Of a stretch of DNA of 64,000 bases, positions 55,269 to 64,000 are shown in pieces. This DNA comes from an uncultured Candidatus Rokubacteria bacterium (GTDB taxonomy: Bacteria; Methylomirabilota; Methylomirabilia; Rokubacteriales; DASRDR01). The position numbers and the translations under genes are program-made. The stretch covers positions 832,001-896,000 of the forward strand of contig CAWDVE010000017.1 in assembly GCA_963805625.1 (NCBI GenBank), in the 5' to 3' direction. The first letter of the stretch is position 1; the number at the start of each line of letters is the position of its first letter. The notes below the pieces were generated by a model. That model was not told the origin of the DNA and did not search any database. It saw nothing but the letters and a program-made list of their open reading frames with translations.

Positions 55269-57719
55269 CTACTGGATCAGGTAGACCAGGGTGAAGATCG
55301 CGATCCATACGACGTCGACGAAGTGCCAGTAGAGCCCGGCCATGTCCACGAGCGCCTCGTCCCGGGCGGCCAGGCGGCCGCGCGTCAGCAGGTACCGGAG
55401 CGCCAGCAGCCAGAGCACGCCCACGGTCACGTGGGCGCCGTGGAAACCCACCATCACGTAGAAGGTCGCCGCGAACAGGTTCGTCGTGAGCCCGAGCCCC
55501 TCGTGGACGAAGTGGTTGAACTCGTACACCTGTCCGGCCAGGAACATGCCGCCAAGGGCGGCCGTCGCCAGGAGCCAGCGACGCGCGGCTCGCACGTCAC
55601 GCGCCTGGATGGCGGCCACGCCGAGGACCATCGTGAGGCTCGACATCAGGAGGACGAACGTGCTCACGGTGATCAGGGGAATGTTGAGGATCTCCTGTGG
55701 ATAGGGCCCTTGGAGGCTCCGGCCCCGGTAGACCATGTACGTCGAGATCAGCGTTCCGAAGAACAGGCACTCCGAGCCGATGAACACCCAGATGGCGAGC
55801 TTTCGGTGGTCGAGGCCAGTCGCGCCGATGTGGGGGTCCTCGTGGCCCGCGTCCGCGTGCCCGCCGTCGGCCGCGCGCGCCGGGACCAGCTCAGTTGCGA
55901 AGGCCAGGACGGCAAGCACGGTCAGGAGAGCCCCGATCATCACGACGCCAAGGTGGAGCAGCGCGCCCGCGACCAGAACGATCATCGCGAGGGCTGTGAG
56001 GAGCGGCCAGTAGGATGGCTCCGGCATGTGGATCGGCCCGATCGGCGTGACGAGCGCGCGGAGATCCGCGAGCCCCGGTCCGCGGGCGTCGGGGTGCTTG
56101 GTGAGCCAGAGCGCGTCGCGGCGAAGGACGGTGGGGAGCGCGGCGAAGTTGTAGGCGGGCGGTGGTGAGGGCAGCGCCCATTCGAGCGTTCGCGCGTCCC
56201 ACGGATCCGACCCCGCCGGGGCTCCCGTCCGGAGGCTCTTGGCCACGTTCAGGAGGAACACGAGAAGCGAGATCCCCTGCACGGCCGCGCCGACGGTGCA
56301 GACGAGGTTCCAGAAGTCCCAGCCGAGCCCGGGCGCGTACGTGTAGATCCGTCGCGGCATACCCATCAACCCGAGGAAGTGCATGGGGAAGAAGGTGAGG
56401 TTGAACCCGACCAGCATCAGCCAGAAGTGGAGCTGCCCCAGCCCTTCCTCGAGGAGGCGGCCCGTCACCTTCGGGAACCAGTAGTAGATCCCCGCGAACA
56501 GCCCGAGGACCATGCCGCCGAACAGCACGTAGTGGAAGTGCGCCACCACGAAGTAGGAGTCGGTCTGCTGGATGTCCACCGGCGGGGAGGCGTGCATGAT
56601 GCCCGACAGGCCGCCGACGGTGAACATGGCGATGAATGCCACCGCGAAGCAGAACGCCGTCCGGAACCGCAGCGAGCCGCCCCACAGGGTCGACAGCCAG
56701 TTGAAGATCTTGATCCCGGTGGGGATGGCGATGAGCATCGTCGTGAGGGCGAAAGCCGAGTCTGCGATGGGGCCCATGCCGACGGCGAACATGTGGTGGG
56801 CCCAGACGCCGAAGCCTAGGAATCCGATGAGGGCGGTCGCGTAGACCATCGAGGGATAACCGAACAGCGGCTTCCGCGCAAAGGCCGGCAGCACCTCGGA
56901 GACGATCCCCATCGCCGGGAGAATCAGGATGTAGACTTCGGGGTGGCCGAAGATCCAGAACAGGTGCTGCCAGAGGAGCGGCGAGCCCCCGCCGGCGGGA
57001 ATGTAGAAGGAGGTCCCGAAGAAGCGGTCGAACATCAGGAAGATGAGGGCGACCGTGATCGGCGGGAAAGCGAGGAGGATGAGGACGTTCGTGATGAGGG
57101 TCGTCCAGACGAAGAGTGGCAGCCGGAGGAACGTCATCCCGGGCGCCCGGAGGTTGAGGATCGTCACGAGGAAGTTCAGCGACGCGAGGATGCTCGATGT
57201 CCCGAGGAAGAGGAGGCCGAGCAGCCAGAAGTCGGAATGGGGTCCGATCGAGAACGGCTTCGATGTGAGCGGTGCGTACCCGAACCAGCCGGCGTCCGGG
57301 GGCGTCCCCACGAGCCAGCTCGCGTTGAGGAAGAGCCCGCCGAGGAGGAAGACCCAGTACGAGAGAGCGTTGAGCCGGGGGAAGGCCACGTCTCGCGCGC
57401 CGATCATCAACGGGATGAGGTAGTTGAAGAAGGCGGCCGACAGCGGCATCAGCGCCAGGAACACCATGCTGGTCCCGTGCATGGTGAAGAGCTCGTTGTA
57501 CCGCTGGGCACCCAAGAGCTGGCCATTGGGCTGGGCGAGCTGGAGCCGGATGAGGAGAGCCTCGACCCCCGCGATCAGGAAGAAGGCGACCGCGGACGTG
57601 CCGTAGAGGATGCCGATCCGCTTGTGGTCCACCGTGGTGAGCCAAGAGGCGAGGCCGCGGGCCCGGGCATCCGGTCCGGCGTGGGCCGTGACGGCGGCGG
57701 ATGCGACGCCGTCGGCCAT
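55269..57719 (-). CDS. ctaD: Cytochrome c oxidase subunit I fused to subunit III (A1-type, caa3)
   Basis: TVDHKRIG, FTMHGT, DVAFPRLN, WIFGHPEVY, VWAHHMF, VAHFHYV, GMPRR; read in frame into subunit III motifs W.FIGSE...FG, GFHGAHV, YWHFVDVVW. 816 aa. Confidence 0.95.
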   Translation of the reverse strand: MADGVASAAVTAHAGPDARARGLASWLTTVDHKRIGILYGTSAVAFFLIAGVEALLIRLQLAQPNGQLLGAQRYNELFTMHGTSMVFLALMPLSAAFFNYLIPLMIGARDVAFPRLNALSYWVFLLGGLFLNASWLVGTPPDAGWFGYAPLTSKPFSIGPHSDFWLLGLLFLGTSSILASLNFLVTILNLRAPGMTFLRLPLFVWTTLITNVLILLAFPPITVALIFLMFDRFFGTSFYIPAGGGSPLLWQHLFWIFGHPEVYILILPAMGIVSEVLPAFARKPLFGYPSMVYATALIGFLGFGVWAHHMFAVGMGPIADSAFALTTMLIAIPTGIKIFNWLSTLWGGSLRFRTAFCFAVAFIAMFTVGGLSGIMHASPPVDIQQTDSYFVVAHFHYVLFGGMVLGLFAGIYYWFPKVTGRLLEEGLGQLHFWLMLVGFNLTFFPMHFLGLMGMPRRIYTYAPGLGWDFWNLVCTVGAAVQGISLLVFLLNVAKSLRTGAPAGSDPWDARTLEWALPSPPPAYNFAALPTVLRRDALWLTKHPDARGPGLADLRALVTPIGPIHMPEPSYWPLLTALAMIVLVAGALLHLGVVMIGALLTVLAVLAFATELVPARAADGGHADAGHEDPHIGATGLDHRKLAIWVFIGSECLFFGTLISTYMVYRGRSLQGPYPQEILNIPLITVSTFVLLMSSLTMVLGVAAIQARDVRAARRWLLATAALGGMFLAGQVYEFNHFVHEGLGLTTNLFAATFYVMVGFHGAHVTVGVLWLLALRYLLTRGRLAARDEALVDMAGLYWHFVDVVWIAIFTLVYLIQ

Positions 57720-57721
57720 GC

Positions 57722-58753
57722 CTACCGGAGGCTCTGGAGGTAGGCGACGAGCGCCGCGGCCTCCGCGTCGGACAGCTTCTGCTCCGGCATGAGCGTCCCG
57801 GGCTTCAGCGTCGGCGCGTGCCGGACCCAGCGCGCCAGGTTCTCCGGGGTGTTCGGGAGGATGCCTCCGGCGATCGTCCGGCGGGAGCCGAAATGGGTGA
57901 GGTCCGGTCCGATTGCCCCCGCCGACACTCCGCGCACCGTGTGGCACCCGACACAGGTGCCGGTCCGGTAGACCTGGAGACCCGTGGCCGCTGCAGATCC
58001 GTCCGGCGGGGTCAGGGCGGACTCCTTCTGCTTCGCTGCCCACGTGGCGAAGGTCTCCGGCGCGAGAACGACGGCGAGGTGGCGCATGTTGGCGTGGGAC
58101 ACGCCGCAGAACTCGGCGCACTGGCCGTAGTATTCCCCCGGTGCCTCGGCCGTGAGGACGATGCGGGTCACGCTGCCGGGAATCGCATCGCGCTTGCCGC
58201 CGAGCTGTGGCACCCAGAAGCTGTGGATGACGTCCGTGCTGGCGATCTCGAGGGTCACCGGGCGGCCGGCCGGGAGGTGGAGGTCGCTGGCGGTGACGAC
58301 GCCGAGCTCCGGGTACTGGAACTCCCACCACCACTGGTGCCCGATGACCTTCACCAGGAGGGCGTCCTTCGGCGGCGCGGCTTGCGTCCGGAAGATCGCC
58401 GCCACGGTCGGGAAGGCGATGAAGGTCAGGATGACCGCCGGAATGAGGGTCCAGACGATCTCGAGCAGCGCGCTGCCGCGCACCTGCCGTGGGATCGCCT
58501 TGGGGTCGCGCTCCCGGAACCGGACGACTGCTACCAGGAGGAGGACCTGGACCACCAGGAAGATTGCCGTGTCCCACCGGAGGATCTGGACGAAGATCCG
58601 GTGCGAGGTCCAGCCGAAATCGGATCGCGGCGTCAGTGTCGTCGCCGGCGAGTCTAGCAGGCGGCAGCCGGCGAACGCGAGAACGACGGCCAGCGCCCAG
58701 AGTCCCGGGACCCGGGTCGGCCGCGCGCGCCGGCAGGTCGGTTCCGATTCCAT
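57722..58753 (-). CDS. ctaC: Cytochrome c oxidase subunit II with C-terminal cytochrome c (caa3)
   Basis: Lipobox FAGC, LEIVWT..P, GHQWWWEFQY, DVIHSFWVP, CAEFCG.SHANM (CuA), CVGCH heme c, GPDLTH, KPG..MP. Confidence 0.95.
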   Translation of the reverse strand: MESEPTCRRARPTRVPGLWALAVVLAFAGCRLLDSPATTLTPRSDFGWTSHRIFVQILRWDTAIFLVVQVLLLVAVVRFRERDPKAIPRQVRGSALLEIVWTLIPAVILTFIAFPTVAAIFRTQAAPPKDALLVKVIGHQWWWEFQYPELGVVTASDLHLPAGRPVTLEIASTDVIHSFWVPQLGGKRDAIPGSVTRIVLTAEAPGEYYGQCAEFCGVSHANMRHLAVVLAPETFATWAAKQKESALTPPDGSAAATGLQVYRTGTCVGCHTVRGVSAGAIGPDLTHFGSRRTIAGGILPNTPENLARWVRHAPTLKPGTLMPEQKLSDAEAAALVAYLQSLR

Positions 58754-58961
58754 GTGGATGCGATCGGAGGGCGCCCGATCGATGAGCGCCGGGAACCAGC
58801 CTAGCGCAAACGCGGCGAGGCTGCCAGGGTGCGCGGGCCGTCGGTGAGGAGGAACACGCAGAGTTCGAACGTCGGCGAACGGCATCCCGCACGATATCGA
58901 TGGGCCCCTGCGCCCGTCTGGGCCGTGGCGCGGGCGGGAATCTTGCTAGACTCCGAGGCAC

Positions 58962-60989
58962 ATGCCGACCCGAGTCGAGTTGCACGGCTCCGAAGGCCCC
59001 GCGAGCGTGCCGGAAGAGACACGCCCCGTCGACGAGTCCGTGCGGTTCGACCTCGATGCCGGCCTGCGCCGGCTGGGCTACACGCGCTTCCGGTCCGGGC
59101 AGCGGGAAGCCATCGAGCAGCTCCTCGCCGTTGGGCGCCTCCTGCTCGTCGCCCCCACGGGTGGCGGCAAGAGCCTTGTCTACCAGCTTCCCGCCACCTT
59201 GCTGGGTGGGACCACGCTCGTCGTCTCACCGCTCATCTCGCTCATGCAGGATCAGGTGCGGGCCCTCGAGGCGCGCGGCATCGCGGCTACCTATCTGGCC
59301 TCGACTCTCGACGCCGTCGAGATGCGACGCCGCCTCGGCCAACTCGGGGCCGGCCGCCTCGCCCTTGCCTACGTCGCTCCCGAGCGGCTCGCCTATCCGG
59401 GATTTCGGGCGCTTCTGTATCGGCTCGCCTGCCCGCTGGTCGCCATCGACGAGGCTCACTGCATCAGCGAGTGGGGGCACGACTTCCGGCCGGAGTACCT
59501 GGAACTGGGAGCACTCCTGGCCGAGCTAAGGGCACCGCGCGTTCTGGCTTGCACGGCCACCGCGACCCCGGTGGTTCGCGACGAGATCCTGGCCCGACTC
59601 GGCCTTCCTGCCGACACGCCCCAAATCGTCCAAGGCTTCGCGCGCCCCAACCTGGCGCTGCGTGCAGCCGAGGTGGAGGGGCGGCGGGGTCGCGCCCGGC
59701 AGGTGGACGCGGTCCTCGCTGAGGCCCTCGCCCGGCCCGGGGCGGGACGCGGCGCCGCCATCGTCTACGCGGCGACGCGTCGGGAGACTGAGACGGAGTG
59801 CGCGCGCCTCCAGGCAGCCGGCTGGACGGCCGCCGCCTATCACGCGGGGCTTGACGGATCCCGGCGCGACGCCGTCCAGCAGGCCTTCGCCGAGGGGCGC
59901 GTCGAGGTCGTCGTCGCCACCAACGCTTTCGGCATGGGCATCGACCGGCCCGACGTTCGGGCCGTGGTCCACCTGGCCGCGCCCGGCTCGATCGAAGCCT
60001 ACTACCAGGAGGTGGGGCGGGCCGGGCGAGACGGGAACCCGGCGATCGGATTGCTCCTCACGGGGCCCGGAGACATGGCGCTCCGACGGCGCCTACTTGA
60101 ACGGGCGGGTGATGGGGAGGTCGTCGACGGAGCTGAGCTCGAGCACAAGTGGACCTTGTTCCTCGAGCTCCTGCGGTGGGTGGAGGGCGGGAGCTGTCGG
60201 CACGATGCCATTCTGCGCTACTTCGGCGACGAGGCGGAGACACTCGACGGCTGCGGGCGCTGCGACGAATGCCTGGCGCTCCGTCAGGCAGAGCGGACCA
60301 ACCCTGCCGAGACGACCCTGATCGTCCGCAAGGCGTTGAGCGGCGTGGCCCGGGTGAGCGGGCGTTTCGGGATCCAGCTCGCGGTCAAGCTTCTCCGGGG
60401 CGAGGCCGATCCCCGGCTCGAGCGCGCCGGACTTATCGCTACGCCCACGTTCGGCAATCTACGGGACCATCCCGGGCCCTGGCTTCTGCGCCTCCTCCGG
60501 CGTTGCGTCACCGGAGGGTGGGCAACCTTCAGCGGCGGCGACCGGCCCGTGCTCGTGCTCACGGAGGACGGGCGCGCGGTGATGCGTGGCGAGCGACCGG
60601 CCCGCCTACGCCTGCCTCCAGTGTCGGTCGTTCCGGCAGCGGGGCTGGCGTCGGTCTCGACGCGGCCCAACTCCGTTGCTTCCTCCCCGAGGCCCGGCGA
60701 TGCCACCCGCCGGCCGCGGCCCCAGGTCGCCGAAGACGACCCCGTGGCGCGAGCTCTCTTCGAGGCTCTGCGTGGGCACCGGCTGATCCTGGCGCGCGAG
60801 CAGGGTCTGCCACCCTATGTGATCGCCAGCGACCGTACCCTCCGCGAGCTGGCCGAGCTCCGGCCGCACACGCTCGACGATCTGCGGCTCGCCCACGGAA
60901 TCGGTCCCCACAAGGTCGAGCGCTATGGGGCCGGGCTCCTGGCCGTGGTCGCCCGGACGCTGGCTGGAGTCCCCAGCACCGACTCCTGA
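58962..60989 (+). CDS. recQ: ATP-dependent DNA helicase RecQ
   Basis: PTGGGKSL.YQLP, DEAHCISEWGHDFRPEY, TATAT, YHAGL, ATNAFGMGID, YYQEVGRAGRDG, Zn CR...CGRCD.C, RQC and HRDC domains. Confidence 0.95.
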   Translation: MPTRVELHGSEGPASVPEETRPVDESVRFDLDAGLRRLGYTRFRSGQREAIEQLLAVGRLLLVAPTGGGKSLVYQLPATLLGGTTLVVSPLISLMQDQVRALEARGIAATYLASTLDAVEMRRRLGQLGAGRLALAYVAPERLAYPGFRALLYRLACPLVAIDEAHCISEWGHDFRPEYLELGALLAELRAPRVLACTATATPVVRDEILARLGLPADTPQIVQGFARPNLALRAAEVEGRRGRARQVDAVLAEALARPGAGRGAAIVYAATRRETETECARLQAAGWTAAAYHAGLDGSRRDAVQQAFAEGRVEVVVATNAFGMGIDRPDVRAVVHLAAPGSIEAYYQEVGRAGRDGNPAIGLLLTGPGDMALRRRLLERAGDGEVVDGAELEHKWTLFLELLRWVEGGSCRHDAILRYFGDEAETLDGCGRCDECLALRQAERTNPAETTLIVRKALSGVARVSGRFGIQLAVKLLRGEADPRLERAGLIATPTFGNLRDHPGPWLLRLLRRCVTGGWATFSGGDRPVLVLTEDGRAVMRGERPARLRLPPVSVVPAAGLASVSTRPNSVASSPRPGDATRRPRPQVAEDDPVARALFEALRGHRLILAREQGLPPYVIASDRTLRELAELRPHTLDDLRLAHGIGPHKVERYGAGLLAVVARTLAGVPSTDS

Positions 60990-61111
60990 GCACGGCGACC
61001 GCCGGGCGGTTCTGATCGGGCGTGTCCTGGCTGCCTGCCGCACCGTCAATGCATGGTGGTGCCCCGGGCACCACGGAGCGGCTCGCGCGGCCGTGTGGCG
61101 CGGGTCCCGTG

Positions 61112-61954
61112 TCAGTGCATGATGGCGCCCCCGGCCAGGTTGATCGCCTGCCCGGTGACGTAGCTGGCGGCGTCCGAGCCGAGGAACGCGGCCAGTTCCG
61201 CCACGTCTTCGGCCGTGGCTACGCGCTGAAGCGGGATCTGGGCGGCCCGCTCGGCGATGGCGCCCGCCCGGAGCGCCTCGTCGTAGGTTCCGTCGGGTCG
61301 CCGGCCGAGGAAGTCGAGCCGATCGGTGTCGGCAGAGCCCGGGCAGATCGCGTTCACGGTGATGCGGTGTGGCGCGAGCTCCATGGCCAGGGCTTGGGTG
61401 AACCCGATCACGCCGAACTTGGAGGCGCAGTAAGCGGCCAGACGCGCGTAGCCGACCTTGCCGCAGTTCGAGGACATGTTGATGATGCGGCCCGGTGTGT
61501 CGCGCGCCACCATCAGCCCGGCGACGGCCTTGCTGCAGAGGTACGTGCCAGTGAGGTTGGTTTCCAAGATCACGTGCCACGCCTCCTCCGGGAGCTCGAC
61601 CACCGGGACGCGGTCGGCGCCGGGCGGGGCGGCGGCGTTGTTGACGAGGATGTCGATCCGGCCGAAGGTCCGGTCGGCCAGGTCGACGGCGCGCTGCACC
61701 TGGTCGGCCGAGCGCACGTCGACCTGAGCGATGACGGCCCGGCGACCGGCCTCGCGGACCTCGTCCGCGACCGTCTCGAGGCCGCGCCAGCCGGTGGCTT
61801 GCTTCGCGGCCACGACACGGATGCCGGCCGGCGCGATGTCCGTGAGCAAGAGGTCCGCGCCCTCGGCTGCCAGCCGCCGCGCGATCGCCCGCCCGAAGCC
61901 GCGTTCGCCGCCGCTCCCGGTCACCATGGCCACCTTGCCCTTGAGGCGCCCCAT
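61112..61954 (-). CDS. SDR family NAD(P)-dependent oxidoreductase
   Basis: GKVAMVTG....GFG, DILVNNA, IINMSS, YCASK, VNAICPG, YVTGQ.INL.GG. Confidence 0.93.
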   Translation of the reverse strand: MGRLKGKVAMVTGSGGERGFGRAIARRLAAEGADLLLTDIAPAGIRVVAAKQATGWRGLETVADEVREAGRRAVIAQVDVRSADQVQRAVDLADRTFGRIDILVNNAAAPPGADRVPVVELPEEAWHVILETNLTGTYLCSKAVAGLMVARDTPGRIINMSSNCGKVGYARLAAYCASKFGVIGFTQALAMELAPHRITVNAICPGSADTDRLDFLGRRPDGTYDEALRAGAIAERAAQIPLQRVATAEDVAELAAFLGSDAASYVTGQAINLAGGAIMH

Positions 61955-62079
61955 CCAGACCCTCCTTTTGCTGGTTTCAGGCCGGATTTTGGCGGCCATC
62001 ATACCGTGGGCCGGCTGTGGTACGCTCCCCCCGCACGCCGGGCGGGCCTCATGACCGTGGGCGTGCGGGAGGTCCCCGA

Positions 62080-62745
62080 GTGAGTTCGACGCCTCTCGGA
62101 AGGGAATCGGTGCCGGGCCGCGTGGTCCGAGCGGTCGAGATCCCCGCGCGTCACGGCGCGGCGCTCGAGGTGCCGCGCGGGCTCGTCCTGCGGGTGATCG
62201 ACGTGGAGGGCCAGCAGGTGGGCGACTTCGTCTGCTTCAACCGGGACGATCTCGGCGAGCGCTACTCTCCGCAGAACACCGTCCTCTTCAACCGCACGAT
62301 CTATCCGAAGGTGGGTGCCGCGCTGGTGTCCGATCGCGGGCGGCCCATGATGCGTCTCATCGCCGACACGGTCGGCGTGCACGACCTGATCTGCGGATCC
62401 TGCAGCGAGGAGTACTACCGGAACCGGCTGGACTACACCGGGCCGCACCGGAGCTGCCGCTCGAACCTGGCAGAGGCACTGGCGCCCTGGGGGATCGAGC
62501 TCGAGGACGTGCCGTTCTCCTTCAACTTCTTCATGCAGTGGCCAGTCCAGCCCGACGGGGCGGTCCGCCCCATGGCGGCGCCCTCGCGGGCGGGTGACTA
62601 CGTCGACCTCCTGGCCGAGATGGATGTCCTGGCGGCCAACTCCGCCTGCCCGTCGGACATCACGCCGACCAACGCCCACCGTCCGACGCCCATGCGGTTC
62701 GTGCTCTACGAGCCGGCTCCCGGCGCCGTCGAGGCCTCACGCTGA
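62080..62745 (+). CDS. DUF1989 / urea carboxylase-associated family protein
   Basis: RVIDVEG.QVGD, DT.G.HDL....C, HRSC..NL, FNFF, S..GDYV.L.AEMD.L.A.SACP.D. Confidence 0.9.
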   Translation: MSSTPLGRESVPGRVVRAVEIPARHGAALEVPRGLVLRVIDVEGQQVGDFVCFNRDDLGERYSPQNTVLFNRTIYPKVGAALVSDRGRPMMRLIADTVGVHDLICGSCSEEYYRNRLDYTGPHRSCRSNLAEALAPWGIELEDVPFSFNFFMQWPVQPDGAVRPMAAPSRAGDYVDLLAEMDVLAANSACPSDITPTNAHRPTPMRFVLYEPAPGAVEASR

Positions 62746-62750
62746 AGAGG

Positions 62751-64000
62751 ATGTCGCCGCACCCGTCCGGACCGGATCGTGCCACGCGCCCGGTCATCCT
62801 GGTCGTCGACGACGACCCGGGCATCCGCGAAGCGTTCCGGCTCATCCTGGAGGAGGAGTACGACCTCGTGGAGGCCAAGGACGGGGCGCAAGCCCTCGAG
62901 CGCGTCCAAGGCTCTCCGGTGGACCTCGTCCTCCTGGACGTGCGGCTGCCAGGCATGGACGGCATCGAGGTCCTGGAGCGGATCAAGGCGATCGACGAGC
63001 ACGTGGAGGTGGTCCTGGTGACCGCCGTCCAGACGGTCCGGGCGGCGGTGGCGGCCATGAAGCTCGGCGCGCTCGACTACGTGACCAAGCCGTTCGACGA
63101 GGACGAGATCCTGCCCTTGATTCACCGCGCACTCGAGCGGCGCGCCCTCGACCGCGAGGTGGTCTACCTCCGGTCGGAGCTGGCGCGGGAGCGCGACTTC
63201 GACCAGCTGGTGGGACAGCACCACCTGATGCAACAGCTCTACCAGCTGATCAGCGCGGTCGCGAGGAACCCGCTCACCGTGCTGATCGTGGGGGAGAGCG
63301 GGACGGGGAAGGAGCTCGTCGCGCGGGCGATTCACCGGCACGGGCCGCGGCGCGACGAGCCGTTCATGCCGGTGAACGTCGCTGCGATCTCCGAGACGCT
63401 CATCGAGTCGGAGCTCTTCGGCCACGAGAAGGGCGCCTTCACGGGCGCCGTTTCGCGGAAGCTCGGGAAGTTCGAGCTGGGGCACCGGGGCACCCTGTTC
63501 CTGGACGAGATCGCCACCCTCCGGGTCGACCTCCAGGCCAAGATCCTGCGGGTGCTCCAGGAGCGCGAGATCGAGCGGGTGGGGGGCACCCGGCGCATCC
63601 CGGTCGACGTGCGCGTGATCGCCGCCACCAACGCCGACCTGCGCAAGGCCATCCAGGGCGGGAGCCTTCGCGAGGACCTCTACTACCGCCTGAACGTCGT
63701 CCAGATCGCCGTGCCTCCCCTCCGGGACCGGCGGGAGGACATCCCCCTCCTCGTCGACCACTTCATCCGCCGGTCGAACCATCTCCTGCACAAGCGCGTC
63801 ACCGGCGTCTCGCCGGCAGCGCTGGACGTCCTCATGGCGTACGGCTGGCCGGGCAACGTGCGTGAGCTCCAGAACGTCATCGAGCGCGCCGTCGCGCTGG
63901 CGGACGGCGCCGTGGTCGAGGTCAAGGACGTGCCACTCGACCTGATGCTGCCGGACGTACGCCATCTGGTCGATGACCCGACAAGCTTGCCTCTCCGAGA
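62751..64000 (+). CDS. Sigma-54-dependent response regulator (NtrC/AtoC family), truncated at the right edge
   Basis: Not in the ORF track because it has no stop in the window. ILVVDDD, LLD..LPGMDG, KPF receiver; [47 protein letters not shown]. Confidence 0.95.
   Translation, partial: MSPHPSGPDRATRPVILVVDDDPGIREAFRLILEEEYDLVEAKDGAQALERVQGSPVDLVLLDVRLPGMDGIEVLERIKAIDEHVEVVLVTAVQTVRAAVAAMKLGALDYVTKPFDEDEILPLIHRALERRALDREVVYLRSELARERDFDQLVGQHHLMQQLYQLISAVARNPLTVLIVGESGTGKELVARAIHRHGPRRDEPFMPVNVAAISETLIESELFGHEKGAFTGAVSRKLGKFELGHRGTLFLDEIATLRVDLQAKILRVLQEREIERVGGTRRIPVDVRVIAATNADLRKAIQGGSLREDLYYRLNVVQIAVPPLRDRREDIPLLVDHFIRRSNHLLHKRVTGVSPAALDVLMAYGWPGNVRELQNVIERAVALADGAVVEVKDVPLDLMLPDVRHLVDDPTSLPLR

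Noticed and set aside
55269-58985. 1238-aa ORF suggesting a II-I-III triple fusion
   Set aside because: Subunit II is in another frame with its own stop at 57722. Subunit I homology starts at ATG 57719.
58962-60989. RecQ as part of an anti-phage system
   Set aside because: It has the canonical helicase-RQC-HRDC layout with housekeeping neighbours, and no DprA-like, PRTase or nuclease partner is adjacent.
1-64000. CRISPR arrays, tRNA/rRNA genes, transposases and integrases
   Set aside because: No regularly spaced repeats, RNA-gene signatures or recombinase motifs were seen on manual reading.

Overview
A very GC-rich, densely coding bacterial window. Gene content and style suggest Candidatus Rokubacteria/Methylomirabilota or a similar soil lineage; this is an inference and was not tested. 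Positions 1-16.9 kb form a glycan or secondary-metabolite tailoring island that is truncated at the left edge. It carries a phosphodiesterase-like gene, GMC oxidoreductase, GT2, a broken epimerase, a methyltransferase, a stand-alone A-T-TE NRPS-like enzyme with non-canonical motifs, DUF4910, an NDP-sugar C-methyltransferase, an epimerase, an adenylating enzyme/ACP/GNAT trio, rfbC, rfbF and a PIG-L deacetylase. Positions 17-31.5 kb hold three ABC importers plus an isochorismatase-family amidase and a Ser/Thr dehydratase. Positions 31.5-37.5 kb hold an O-methyltransferase, a prs gene flanked by a degraded copC copy and an intact two-domain CopC fusion, a cold-shock gene with a 32-bp palindrome in its leader, a cupin, a class III aminotransferase and a 78-bp inverted-repeat element. 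Positions 37.5-64 kb hold a fused MFS/spermidine synthase, YvlD, an MBL hydrolase, a DUF1499-sorAB-DUF6062-btpA run, a PaaK-like ligase, a NitT/TauT ABC system, Gfo/Idh/MocA, rnd, a caa3-type oxidase operon with fused subunits I/III, recQ, an SDR, DUF1989 and a partial sigma-54 response regulator. No rRNA, tRNA, CRISPR array or transposase was recognised. All family assignments come from motif recognition by eye, not database searches.
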